Below are positions 12,614 through 28,032 of a stretch of 64,000 nucleotides of DNA, in pieces. Source of the stretch: Flaccisagitta enflata (lineage: Eukaryota). How positions within the stretch are numbered: position 1 is the first letter of the stretch; the number at the start of each line of letters is the position of its first letter. The notes below the pieces were generated by a model. It was not told the DNA's origin, ran no database searches, and worked only from the letters and a program-made list of their open reading frames with translations. The position numbers and the translations under genes are program-made. The stretch is taken from contig OZ231126.1 of NCBI GenBank assembly GCA_965153355.1, positions 12,152,001 to 12,216,000 of the forward strand, in the 5' to 3' direction.

Positions 12614-13669
12614 TAGGGTAGAGTGGGGTAAAATGGGTCACTTTTTCTTAAATTTTGCTGAAATCTGTTGAAATGAAGCAATTTTTGCTTCTAATGTGGG
12701 AAAAAGGATGCCATATTCTCCTCCAGGACAGATAATTTCCCCTTGTTTGTAATATCTGGATGCATTGTAAAATTAAATAGTAAATTAATAAAGATCGTGC
12801 ATCGCTAGGCATAAAACCAACATCTGGTCAGTCTGGGCAGTAATAGTTTTCAGTTTTTATGTATAGTCAGCTAAAATGAAAATTTTAGTCGCGTGCTACG
12901 CGACTCTACAACCCGCTTTGTCGGTCCGTTGGTCCGTTGGTCCATCCGTCCGTTGGTCTGTCCATCACACTTTACTTTTTTTGGGTTTTTGCGGTCTTTG
13001 GCCTCACTGCACCTGCCCAAATGATTGAGTGACTTCAAATAAAGCCCCTGCCCACCCGCACGCGACTGGGGTAGCCGTGTATCCGGCCGTGTTTAGTAAT
13101 ATGGGGTAAAATGGGTCACTATGCTAAAATCATGAAATTTTCATCAAAATGCTGAGATATGCTTTTCATTCAATTTTATGGGGCAGAGTAAGTGAGATAC
13201 AGCTCATTCCCGCCCCAAACATCTTGTTCCATTGTTTTTTAAAGATTCTCTTATATAAATTTTATGATTTGATGTTTGACCGTTATTTTCAAAAAAAACT
13301 TATCACATGACCTTTTATTTTTGGCTTTTAAATACTCTTTTTAGTTCAATTGATATGTGAGGTCACTCATTTTTCGCTAATGCGTTGTAACTCTTCACTA
13401 GGATTAAAATAGTGGTCAATATTTTTTGAAAGAAGGTGGGTGACCCATTTTACCCCACCTAGATGGGGTGAAATGGTTCACCTACTCATTTTTAAAAAGG
13501 GGTGGGTTACCCCCCTCGCTCATTACTAGGGGGCAATTTTCTTTTTTGTGGTAGTAGAGAAAACACACATTGTCCATAAACAGTCATAGAATTCTTCATT
13601 TTCGTAAAAAATTCAGAGATATCAAAAAAATAATCGAAAAAGTGACCCATTTTACCCCACTTCACCATA
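12614..13669. mobile_element. TA-flanked MITE (Tc1/mariner or pogo-like) with a nested HINE-like copy
   Basis: TIRs tagggtagagtggggtaaaatgggtcacttttt and aaaaagtgacccattttaccccacttcaccata; internal copies of the TIR core near 13102, 13440 and 13465. Confidence 0.8.
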
Positions 13670-13796
13670 TCATCTTTTTTTCCATGCCATATATTTGAGA
13701 CTATGATGCATGATGTTTTAAAAATCTCAAGTTTCTTCAGTCATCTCTGTAAAAGCATGCGTCTAATGTTCAATCAACCTTTTTTGTTGAAATATG

Positions 13797-14363
13797 TACA
13801 GTAGATCTCGTCTAGACTTGAGATAACGGGGGCAAGCATTGTGGAAAGACGAATGAAGGCAGGGGAGCGATACTTGGATCATAGACTAATTAAAGGATGC
13901 TTAATTCCCCATGATAGCTGGTTGCCATGGAAACACATTTCCATGTATTCTCGCAAAAATATCAATATTTTGAGAGATTTTTTTAGGGAACATTGCTTAA
14001 AATAAAATTTGCTACAACATTCCCACAGTATGTTCTGTAAGAATGTCGCTCGTTTGGCCGTTGCTAGGGAGCGTATCCAAGTGTGACAACCCCTAGCAAC
14101 CGCTAAACGAGCGACATTCTTACAGAACATACTGTGGGAAAGTTGTAGCAAATTTTATTTTAAGCAATGTTCCTTAAAAAAATCTCTCAAAATATTGATA
14201 CTTTAGCGAGAATACATGGAAATGTGTTTCCATGGCAACCAGCTATCATGGGCAATAAAGCATCCCGTTATTAGTCTATGTTTGAAATATCACTCCCCTG
14301 GCTTCATTTGTTTTCCTTCAATGCTTTCCCCCGTTATCTCAACTATAGACGAGATCTACTGTA
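13797..14363. mobile_element. Fully palindromic MITE with TA target duplication
   Basis: TA|cagtagatctcgtctag ... tagacgagatctactg|TA; arms of about 270 bp pair almost to the centre near 14080. Confidence 0.9.
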
Positions 14364-14416
14364 CTTTGAGTGCGAGTGTTTGATTGGAATTCGAATTTAC
14401 AAAAAATTTGCACGAG

Positions 14417-15019
14417 TACCACGCGAATCAAAAAGACGCACTTTTAAATGACCATTTTAGCCATTTTTTCTTTGATTTCAAGTTAAATGTATTGCACTAT
14501 TGAAAAGCCCAGTTTTTAAGCTTTGAGAATCAAAAAGAAAAAGTTCTTAATCTTGAGGCGTTTGGGCGTAATAAAAAAAAGAGCAAAAATAGTCAAGAAT
14601 CGTTTTCACAATTCCATAAAAGAAAAAGAATTCAAGATAATCAGTGTTTCACTTTGATGAGCTATAACTTTTAAACTGTTTAAGATACAGACTTCTAGAA
14701 TGAAAGAAAATTCAAAAATCTTTAAAATTACTTTGACTGAAAAATGTTTGAAAGTTTCTCTTAAGTAATTTTAAAAGATAAAGAAACAATAAACAATTTT
14801 TTTAATCATTTTGTATTTTGTCATGTGTTCAAAATAGTAGTTGTCTTTGACTGGCTGTAACTTTTAAACGGTTTGAGATACAGACCTGGGACTGGTCTAG
14901 ATTGAAAGAAAATTTGAAAATCTTCAAAATACATTCAATGAAAACATTTTAGAACAATTTTTTTAGTCTCTTTTGTCAATAAATGACCAGGTGCGTCTTT
15001 TTTTTTGATACGCGTGGTA
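14417..15019. mobile_element. TA-flanked MITE
   Basis: TIRs taccacgcgaatcaaaaagacgcac and gtgcgtcttt...ttgatacgcgtggta; internal direct repeat. Confidence 0.75.
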
Positions 15020-15129
15020 TGATTTCTATCTCAATCAACCTATTTTGTATGTTGCTGTTTGATTAGAAAGAAAAAGAAAAAGTTTGAAACAATTTGACTT
15101 CTACCTCTATCAACATCTCAATACTGCAG

Positions 15130-16110
15130 TCATGTGACGACGAGGTAAAAGAAAGAACTCCACCTTCAACCCCAAATCTGTCCTCACCGCCTCCATTGCC
15201 AACATCACCACCACCTCCTCCTCCAACAGCTGCACCAGCTCCCATCAATTCATTTGAGATTCTCCCTATTTCACTTTCTCTTGATGGTCAGAGTAGATCC
15301 TTACCTTTGCAAACAACTGCCACGCAACTGTCACCAAATGTCTCCCCCAATCCTCCACCACCGACTCAGCTTTGCATTGAGCTTCAACCCATGAGACTTT
15401 CCTTCACTGGTCAGGAGCGATTGGAGCCATATACTTCGACATTAGATTTGCCCAAAGTGCCCGCTACGACCAAACCCTTTTATGACACCTTTTCGTTTGG
15501 TGCCGCAACAGCCTCTGGTGTCAAGCTCTCCGATGCTGATTCTAAGCCAGCTGAAGCTGAATCTATGTCATCTGCTCCTTTGGCTCTTAATATTGCTGCT
15601 ACATCTTCTTGGCAGTCGAGTAAGCCAAGAGGTGCTGCGCTGAAAATCTTTGGCAAGAACAAAAGTCCCTCTCCGGATGCTGCATTTGACAAGGCTCGCC
15701 GTCCACGATTTACGAAGCAATCCCCTACCACCGCATCCTCTTCTCTTTTGTCTTCCAACATTGGTTCACACTCAGCTGCAACTAACACTACATCCGCTCT
15801 TACAATGGCAATTTCTATTGCATCCGCCTCCACATCCTGCTCAACTGCACCTTCAACCGCATCTGCTTCCACTGCATCCCGTGGGCAATATTATTCTTTC
15901 CCATCATTTGACTCATTGTCGACGACGACGACGAGATCGTCCGAGTCGAGCGTCTTCACTTCCGATTCCCTGACGCCCGAATTGGCGTCTGAGGATGTGC
16001 TAGAGATCGAACCCATCACTCGCGAGTCGACCGAATATTCGGGGCTCTTTGGACTCACTGAGTCTTTCTTGGATGATGTGTTGTCATCCATCAACTTCGA
16101 TCTTCCTGCG
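15130..16110 (+). CDS. sowah: sowah exon 5: 15-nt form (15130-15144, SCDDE) or 981-nt Ser/Pro/Thr-rich form; may read through to stop at 16122
   Basis: atactgcag| acceptor in frame with the non-repetitive 342-aa ORF 15094-16122; phase-0 donors at 15145 (gag|gtaaaa) and 16111 (gcg|gtacat). Confidence 0.65.
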
Positions 16111-16546
16111 GTACATGCTTAACATCGAGCACAGTTGACCCCGTTAAAGCGGATGTTAGATATTGATGTATTTTGACAAACTTTTATTGTTATGACTTAT
16201 GAATATAGAAAATAAGAACAATATAAAAGGATTCCGATTTGATAGTATATAAGGTAGAATTTTATGTCTCTTGGATCCATTATAGCGGGGCGCAACTGTA
16301 GCTTGTTGCTTGTATAAGCTTTGGACAGAACAGAAGCTTTTTGTTTGTTCAGCCTTCTTTCTCAAGTATTTGTGGTGAATTTTTGCATTCACATCTGGAG
16401 GAATGTGTTGGATATCATTCCCTTCTAGGCTATTACTTGTCAGAAGTTGACTTAACATAGTCCTGTTTTGAAGTATTAATTTTTTTCTAAAACCAAACTA
16501 AACATAATGATAATGCGAAATGATGAATGCCCAGAAGATTGTGAGG

Positions 16547-16651
<105 letters not shown>

Positions 16652-16946
16652 GACTAAATGACATACAGTCACAAGTAAAAGTGAAAAGAACTATAGATAG
16701 ACAGCCCAAGGGCTGTTGTAGCCATGTCCAGTTTGTGGATGATGCAGGTCAGTCAGGACAATATTGAGGAAGTGACACCAAAGAAGACCATGTCCTATGG
16801 AGCAGGCATTTGGTAACAAAATTAAGTTGCAAAAGTGTTTGATGGTCAGCAGTAACCAATGCCCCTAATAGTGTATGTAGGGATGGCAAAGTGAGGGGGC
16901 AGCGGCCCTAAAGGGACCATTGACTTATGCTTGAGGGATTAAGGCC

Positions 16947-17541
16947 TACTATCTTGCTAAAAAAAATCTTCCGCCCTGTAATAAAAACATATTTAATGGC
17001 ATAAAAACAGTTATAAATCAGTTACAAATCTATGACTAATTAGTATGAGCTTCCTTTGACTAAATCAGGGCCGCCATTTTTGGGGAAGTGATTTGTAGAG
17101 CTTCAAGATGTAATGCTGGAGTAATGGGTCTCCAGATCATTATCAGAATTTTTTTTATCTCTTTTTTCACTACATTTAGACTCATAGCCACTAAAAGATA
17201 CATCAAATCCTAAAAAAATTGGCGACTAAAATGAAGCCCTTCAAATTTGCAAGCTGTCTGCGCAAACCGCATCTGTCTAGCTCAATGCGTTTAGAAGAAA
17301 TTTGAAAAACAGTGAGAAGATCTCATTTAAAATTCATGAAGAAGTGGCACAAGCGAAATTGAAGTATTTCAATCAAAGTTGAATAACTTTTTAACACATT
17401 GAGCTAGAGGGATGTGGTTTGCATTGATCTCTTGCAGATTTGAAGGACTTTAATTATCTCACCAATTTTTTTATTATTGCTTGATTCTAACCTGAGCTAT
17501 ACATGTAAACGTGCCGGAAGATTTTTTTTAGCAAGATAGTA
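16947..17541. mobile_element. TA-flanked MITE inserted in a decayed minisatellite element
   Basis: TIRs tactatcttgctaaaaaaaatcttccg and cggaagattttttttagcaagatagta. Confidence 0.8.
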
Positions 17542-17889
17542 AGCCCTCAGGTCCAGAATTTGGGCCTTGAGGCTTGGATTTAAGCCTTACCACCGGGATT
17601 TGGGCTGTTAAAGTAGGAAAGGAGTCATTAGATTCGGATTTGGACCTCAGCAAAATCCGGGCCAAAAGGGATTAAGTCAGTAACTCACAGTACAAACAAA
17701 GATGAAATTTGATTTTCAGTCCTGATAAACCATCTCACATACATACATCCACACACACACATACATGCACACACATACACACACACATACACACACACAA
17801 ATACACGCACACACACATACATACACACACATACACACACACATAAACACAAACACACAGTCACACACACACACAGACACGCACACACA

Positions 17890-18014
<125 letters not shown>

Positions 18015-19570
18015 CTTTATTGCTATCAAGACCTAATTTAAGGTAATTCAATCAAGACCTAAATTGTTTTTAGTTGCGGACACGCAACTCTGTAAGAGGC
18101 TTTGACCGTCTGTCCATCCATCTGATGGTCCGTTAGCATGAGTCAGAAAGTGGGCTTATGAGCAAATTTGAATACTTTGTGTGCATGTGACAGTGGGTAT
18201 GAAGGCTAATTTTAGGCCTGAAGGGGCTTATTTGAGCCTTGAAACAACTGATTTAAAGTCTGGGAGAGGACTGATGGACAAATGTGTTTTACAGAACTTT
18301 GTTCCCTTCAGGGCTGCTGCCCAAAAGTAAAAATTAGAAATAGTCCGCCCAAGCATTACCTATGACCACTGGCCAGTTTGTGCATGATGCTGGTTGATCA
18401 AGATGATGGTAGGGCAGTGCCGCAGTGGTAACGAAAGTTATGTTTTACTTTTGGCCAGAGAGACTATTTGAAGTCTGCTTTTTGGGCTCAATTGTTTGTC
18501 AGTTGCTCTCCTTGATCAACCTTTTCAGACCTCTAATCAGGCCTCTCAGGCCCAAAAGCAGTTCTCTCAGGCCATTTTTCAGTTCTCTCAGGCCTTAAAT
18601 CAGGCGTTTTAACCTCTGGACTGAAATCAAGCTTTTGAGGCCTCAATAAAGGTCTTTTTGCCCTCATATTTGCCCTGCCACGCCTAAAATAAACCTCGGA
18701 TTAGCGCTTATTAGCCTTAACTCGGGCCTCTTAGACTTGAATTGAACCCAAATGAGCAAAAACACGAGGCCTCTACTAAGACTCCATGGTCTGTTACCAG
18801 CTATATCATGCTTCAAATCAGCTTTAGACCCTCATCAGCCGTCTGAATCTGGATGAATAGATGTCCCGGTTCTACAGGACATTTTCGATTTCAAGCATTT
18901 CGTTGTAATAAACAATCATTGATCTCAGTCCAATTCGAAATAGGATCCGAGCAAGAACATGCAAACAGAGCTCTAATTATTTTTACGTGAATTTGGGAAG
19001 CCTGCACAGTTGATTCCCGGGTTTCCTTTGACGTAATTAAGTCAAGCCCAGTTTTCATTTTTCACAGGCCCTTATTAATAGTATCAATTGATTTGACACA
19101 TTTTTTGCGGTTTTTCTTGCTTTTCTGATTCAAGTGGTGAATTGCCTTTCTTTTTTTTTCAATTTCTTTATGTAACTACCCTCGAAAAAAATTGCGGTGT
19201 ATTTATCTCTTTCTGTATTGCGTTTCTTGATACGATACTAGTTTGGATCATTGGTTGGTCTATCCGTTCGTCCTCTTCTCTCAACTTTTTCACTGAAATG
19301 CGAATATATCTGACAGGAGAGTAAAGAGTCCCTTTAGATTGAGCTTAAGCGATCGAGAATCTGCTTGTTCGTCTGTCGGTGGTTCCTCGTCCCTCTTCAT
19401 TCGGCAGTTTCCAACAAAGACAGAAGAGATTGCATCGCTTCTTAACTTCCTGGATCTTGTTTTTCCCTTATTTACAATGTCGTGTTTTTCCACTGTCAAA
19501 AGAGGATAATCTATGATTTTCATGCAAATTCACTCCAGGAATTCTTTTCTTCTTTGGTTACTCATTCCAG

Positions 19571-19639
19571 GAAAACAGCCAAGTCCAGGAACAGCCGCCG
19601 AAACCACCTAGACTGCCTCTGAAAGAAGTCAATTCTTCG
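19571..19639 (+). CDS. sowah: sowah exon 6
   Basis: cattccag| and |gtaaat; ENSQVQEQPPKPPRLPLKEVNSS; phase 0-0. Confidence 0.75.
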
Positions 19640-19840
19640 GTAAATGTAATGAAAAAAATCTCACATATATGTATTTGCTGATTTCAAGTGAATGTGTTGT
19701 GCACATTGAACCAATTGTTATCACTGAGACGAATGAATTCGTGATTCGTTTTTTTTTTTTAACGATCTTTTTTCCCGTTTCGATAGCGACATTTTCGTTT
19801 AAAAGATTTCAATTTTTTTGTATTTTGTTTATTTGAATAG

Positions 19841-19919
19841 AAACCGACTTTGGCGTCTCCTGAAGACATGAGTTTGGGATCGGAATCTGCGACAACAGGA
19901 AGCGCCGCCGATTTGGCAG
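19841..19919 (+). CDS. sowah: sowah exon 7
   Basis: tttgaatag| and g|gtgagt; KPTLASPEDMSLGSESATTGSAADLA; phase 0 to 1. Confidence 0.8.
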
Positions 19920-19931
19920 GTGAGTTTAATT

Positions 19932-22566
<2,635 letters not shown>

Positions 22567-22579
22567 TTTACAGACAATT

Positions 22580-22836
22580 TGACAGGCAGATTTGTTATAG
22601 CTGCCTAGTTTGATTTTCCAATTAAAATATGATTGCCAAATTTGTTTTAGTTGCTTGGTTTGATTTTCCAGATAATGTGATAGCCAAATTTGTTTTAGCT
22701 GCCTGATTTGATTTGCCAGATGATATGACAGCCAGATTTGTTTTTGCTGCCTGGTTTGATTTGCCAGATGATGTGACAGCCAGATTTATTTTAGCTGCCT
22801 GTTTTGATTTGCCAGATGATGAGACAGCCAGATTTC
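22580..22836. repeat. About 48-bp minisatellite, about 5 copies
   Basis: Unit resembling gatttgccagatgatgtgacagccagatttgttttagctgcctggttt; 16-aa periodic ORF at 22713. Confidence 0.85.
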
Positions 22837-22964
22837 ACCTGGCAAGTGGTTTGTTAGGTGATGAATTTTGGCCAAATGATTCAGACGGTAATTTGATATG
22901 TAATCGGGCTGGTAAAGTTGGTATTGCTAGTTTACTTGGTGCTTGAAAGGTAAAATAGCAGGGG

Positions 22965-23630
22965 TTTGGGCAGTAGCCTGTACCTAAATGACAAAAAGCA
23001 ATTAAATCAATATTCTCCGAGCAGACCATGTTGTGGGACTGTCTCAGGCTTCGATTGAAATCAATATTGGCTTAGAAATTCGACTTTTATGTGGCCGCGC
23101 CTTACCTTCTATAAACCCTACCCCTATACAAAATCCAAAATTTCAAAGTGCTTAAATTTAAATTCTGACTGCAGATTCGCAATCTGCAGAAAAAACTGAC
23201 AATTGGAAGTGTTTTCCTTTTTTTGATATTCCAATAAGAAGGTGGTCAAAAGTGCTGTCAAATATCGCAAAACATACCTTTTCTTTTAATTTCTTTGTAA
23301 AATCATTGAATTTACCTTTTTAAAAAATGTTTAGCGTGGATTTTGATAATGATCCCAAAGGAATTTTGAAAAAAGAAAAGCACTTTCAACAGACAGTTTT
23401 TCATGCAGATTTCAAATCTGCAGTCAAAATTTTGATATGAGCAATTTGTAATTTTTGGTTTTCTATAGAACCATGGGAAGTTCAAAGTAAGGCGCGGCAA
23501 CCAAGATGTAAACTTTTGAAGCTGAAAATGATGACAAAAGAAGCCCAAGACAGTTCCACAACATGAACTGCTCGGAGAATTTCGATTTTTTTGGTTTTAG
23601 TCATTTCGGTACAAGCTATTGGGCAGGTAT
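22965..23630. mobile_element. Foldback MITE just upstream of sowah exon 8
   Basis: Inverted arms ctccgagcagaccatgttgtgggactgtct and agacagttccacaacatgaactgctcggag, extending outward and inward. Confidence 0.7.
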
Positions 23631-23702
23631 CTAGGCTCTTGTTGCTTTTTAATCTGTTGAATTGAATATCCGATTTTGATTAATTTGATTTGATCTCACC
23701 AG

Positions 23703-23857
23703 ATGTGACGCCTACGACCCCGGGAAGCATCGCGGGTGACGCTGAGGCAGCGGAGGAAAACTCCATAGTCAGCGTCAAAGAGAGAGCTCTAAAACTCAAC
23801 AAGATTCAATCTGAAAGTGAATTACAAAAGCAAATCTCGCCGCCCAGGAAAAAGACG
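23703..23857 (+). CDS. sowah: sowah exon 8
   Basis: ctcaccag| and |gtaaga; (D)VTPTTPGS...IVSVKERALKLNKIQSESELQKQISPPRKKT; phase 1 to 0. Confidence 0.85.
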
Positions 23858-24428
23858 GTAAGAGATTAAACAAGGTCATTAGACCTAAGTCGGCATTTTC
23901 AAAAAAGGTCGTACAGACAGACAGACAGACTAGAATTTTCAAAATGACTTTTGAATCAGCCAACAAGCTCATGTTGATACCCTGAAACCTTATGAATGTC
24001 TATCATGTTAGAAACGCCTCTTAAACGACTTTGAGAGGGACGGATGGACAGATCGTAGCACGCGAAGCACACGACTAAAAATGCCACATGAGTAGAAACT
24101 TCTAAAGAAATGTTATCTTTCAAGATCACGCCCGTCATTTCACGTTCATCAGTCATTCTTTATAGCCAGTAAAAAAAAACAAGGCCAACACCTTACAGTC
24201 GCGTGCGGTTATTACGACCATAAGACTAAAAGACAAAGAGACTAAATGCAAATTGATTTGAATTAACTTTAAATGACTTAACATGGCGTAAAATGACAAA
24301 AAAGAGCTAAGCGTCTCCGACAGACCGATGGACAGAGAGGGGTTGTAGAGTTGCGTGCACGCGACTAAAAATGTGTATTTTGTTGACCGCGAGCAACGTG
24401 AAACTCTTCAATTCTAATTACTCTCCAG

Positions 24429-24494
24429 GGTGACAGAACTAGCGCGATTGGTACGGAAGATGATGGGCACTCTACCACATCGGGATCGATTGAG
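24429..24494 (+). CDS. sowah: sowah exon 9
   Basis: ctctccag| and |gtgagt; GDRTSAIGTEDDGHSTTSGSIE; phase 0-0. Confidence 0.8.
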
Positions 24495-24700
24495 GTGAGT
24501 TGTTTCTGCGGCTGACCACCTTTTGCTACATTACGTTAACTAAGATGAGTTATTCGGTATTTAATTTTGAAATGTTGTCACAGCTGCTCTCGCTTATATT
24601 GAGTGGAAAAAAGGTTTGTATGTTTTTTTTTTGCTCGGATATCTTCTACTACAAGTTCTAGTCTTGAATCTATGCAAGATGAACATTTGTTGATGTAATA

Positions 24701-26764
24701 TTAACCTTGGGGAAATAAAAAATGGCGGAATTTTGAAAACTAATGCTATCTACCTTAAATTGAGAAAAACTAATTAAAATCGGTGATGTTTATAAAGTTC
24801 TTCAAAAGATCTTTCATTTGAGTTGTAGCTGGAAACTCTGACTCAAACCGTTTAAAAGTTAGAACTATTTAAATGAGACTACCCCTTTTCTGCTCTGACC
24901 TCATGTGAAGAATGATTGCTCAAAAAAGAATATCCAAAAACCATAGTAAAACTTCTCTGATTTAGATGAAATTTGAATTGGAAGCAATACATACAGTATT
25001 TGTAGCCTGCTAAACTGAGGATTAATTTTACTTTTGATTTTATTTCAAATTTCATTTTTATCTAACTTAATTATTTTTGAACATATTTCGTCAAAAATAA
25101 CTTGAAATCAAAGTGCATGAAGACATCACATTTAGTGTTTTGACCCAGACCATTGATTGGCAGAAAATTTATCCTAGACTACAAGAACAGCTCAGTCAGA
25201 CAATTATTTTAGATTTTATAGCTATTTAAAGTTTTTAAGGACAATTGTCTCAAAATAATTTCGGACAATTGTCCTTACAAACTTCAAATGACTGTAAAAT
25301 CTGAAATAATTGTCTGAATGAGCTGTTCTTGTAGTCTAGGATAGGTAAAATTTTCTGCCGAATCTAATGGTCTGGCTCAGAACACTCAATATTGATGTCT
25401 TCATGCACTTTGATTTCACGAATTATTTTTTTTGACGGCCAAATATGTTCAAGGAATTCAGTATCTTTTAATTAAGTTAAATACAAAAAATGAAGTCTGG
25501 GAAATGAAATTAAAGTAACAAAAATTAATCCTCCAGTTTTAGCCGGGTTTGCTCGGAAGGTACTGAACCTTCAGGGTGGCAGAAATAGGGGAACGCCGGG
25601 AACGTCGTTCCTTGGGCCTATAGATCAAGAGTCGGACTTATAGATTTGAGGGAGGAAAAAAGGGAGAAAAAAGAAGGAAAAAGAAAAAAAAGAAAGGAAT
25701 AAAGAAAGAGAAAAAAAAAAACAAAAAAAAAAACCTTAAAAAGAAAAAAAGAAAAAAAGAAAAAAAGAAAAGAAAAACGAATGAAAGAAATGTTGTCTCG
25801 TCTCTTGTTTCTGAGGCTAAATCATCTGATTTTTGCTTTTAAACTCAATTTTATGGAAATGACAGGGCTCTCCTTTTTTTTGTCATTGAATTTTCATGTT
25901 TTAGTATTGTTTTATCTACTAAACGTCACCTGCTAAACGCTATTAAACCCCTTGTCATTTATTGCTTCTCCACAGGTAAGAATAAAAGAAAATAGTGGTA
26001 TTTGACCATTTGAGAGAAACTTAAAAAGTCGGACTTATAGCATTGGAAAAAAAGCGTGCCTCGGACCTATAGAATTTTCTGCCACCCTGCATACCTTAAT
26101 CTAACGGCTCCTAAAAAATTATCAAAATCGGTCAATTTTTTCTATCCTTTTTATCATGAGAAAAATTCGGAAATTTCCAAGAAAAACCAGAGGTAATGAG
26201 ATAACAACCTGTTTCTTTTTAAATCATTTTGACTATGAAAATTTGATAAAAATCTCATCAAATTCATGATGGTTTTTAAGCTCTGGGAAAGATCTTTAGG
26301 CTGGATCATCAAAGAAAATGTTTTGTTAAGAAAGTAGAGAAATATTCGCAACTGAAGCAAAGGATGTCAATTTTGGTCTGTTGTTCTAAGATCTGGAATA
26401 AAAAAGTTTGAAAACCATAGTAAAAACCATCCAATTAAAACAAAAATTTAACTGGTATGAGATGACATACAACCTAATTACCACCTAAAATTTTGTGGCA
26501 ATCGGATTAAGTCTTCTATGTTTATTATGACTTTAAATTTTTTTCCAATTCCTTTCCATTGAGATACGGGCAGACCAGAAAATGAGTAGTCTCATTTAAA
26601 TCACTGTAGCTTCCAAACCATTTGAGCTAGAATTTCCAGACACAACTCAAATGAAAGATATTTTGAAGAGCTTTCCAGGCATCACAAATTTTAACCTATT
26701 TTTCTTACGATGAGGTTCAGAAGAAAGGTGTTAAAAATCCGCCATTTTTTATTTCCCCAAGGTT
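24701..26764. mobile_element. piggyBac-like MITE with internal palindrome (about 25010-25550) and nested CAGGG-ended element (25572-26089)
   Basis: ttaa|ccttggggaaataaaaaatggcgga ... tccgccattttttatttccccaagg|ttat; nested TIRs cagggtggcagaaa and tttctgccaccctg. Confidence 0.75.
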
Positions 26765-27930
26765 ATGCCACGATGCAACGACTTTCAGCATCGATCAGTG
26801 GTTCCAAATTAAATGATTCTGATATGTAGTTCAATTAAGATAGACAATGATATGGTGATAGTTTTTTTTTACATGATTTTTGAAACGAAGTAGTGGAAGT
26901 GCTCCGTCGCAATTTAAGCAATCACTTAATGAAACAGTCCTTTGCACGATGTGAATGGTTTTAAGCACCGAGGTTACTGGGTTTCTGTAATATGACAGAT
27001 AAAACGTTTCCTAACTAGACTATCTGTTGGTCATTTTGTGTTTCTTTCATGTAAAGGTGGTAAAATGATATGATTGCAATGATTGCAATGATTATTCAAA
27101 GACTCTGAATCTCGTTTTGAGTGATACCTAATTGACCAAAAAATAATTCATTGTTGAAATTCCGGTATTCATTATTTAGCCGCGTGCTACGCGACTCTAC
27201 ACCCCACTATGTCCGTCTGTCCGTTGGTCAGCTGATTGGTCCCTTTTTTACTTTATTGCGTTTTTGAGCATTTTGAGCTCACTGCTCCTGCCTGAATGTC
27301 CCAGTGACCTTCTCTATCACTCCCCCTGCCCACTCGCACGCAACTAGGATAGCCATGTATCCGTCCTTGTTTGTACTGTGTTCACAGGTAGTATGTGAGA
27401 TAACTTGGTGTTGGAGTTTTCTTGGCGTGTTAAAACAGCTTGAAATAAAGCTCATGTGACCATAAATCTCTATGACAAGAGTGCACCTTAATAAACGGAA
27501 AATGCACTGCAAATTTACTCGGGTCTGAAGGTAATTGGAAGTATACTTGTGAAAGTTGAATTAGTTGTGCCTGTGCCTGATTATGGGTTAAGGGCTACAA
27601 CGTCGTTGGGTCAATCCAGTTTGTCCCGTTTAAGATGTTTTTCTCATCTCCCATGTTTGTGATTGACACAATTGCCTAACATTTTAGAAATAAATTTGTT
27701 TGTGTATTTTAAAACTTATCCCCATCAGACTACTGATAATCAGGTGATGGTTTGCCATATTCGGAGGCTTTTTGGTTATCTTTTTGAGACCTCTCAGGCG
27801 ATAGTTTTCGGCCAACCAGGCCCAACCCTGAAAAATTTAACATACAACAAAGGATATGACCAATGGGTTCTCATGTTCTTACATCCATATAAATCATGAT
27901 AACATTCAATTTTGATTTTGGGTTGTTCAG

Positions 27931-28032
27931 TTGACGAAAGAGCAACGGTCTTGGCTTGTTGTGGCAGCAACGTCAGACTATCATCCAATGGCTAAAATGT
28001 TGAACACCAGTCCATCACTGGCTAGAATGAAG
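27931..28032 (+). CDS. sowah: sowah exon 10 (start of ankyrin region)
   Basis: gttgttcag| and |gtaagt; LTKEQRSWLVVAATSDYHPMAKMLNTSPSLARMK resembles the SOWAH W+V.AA...L...P.LA..K segment; phase 0-0. Confidence 0.9.

Noticed and set aside
15067-15129. Upstream acceptor gattag at 15066 for exon 5
   Set aside because: Phase-0 entry meets TGA at 15085; the acceptor at 15129 fits.
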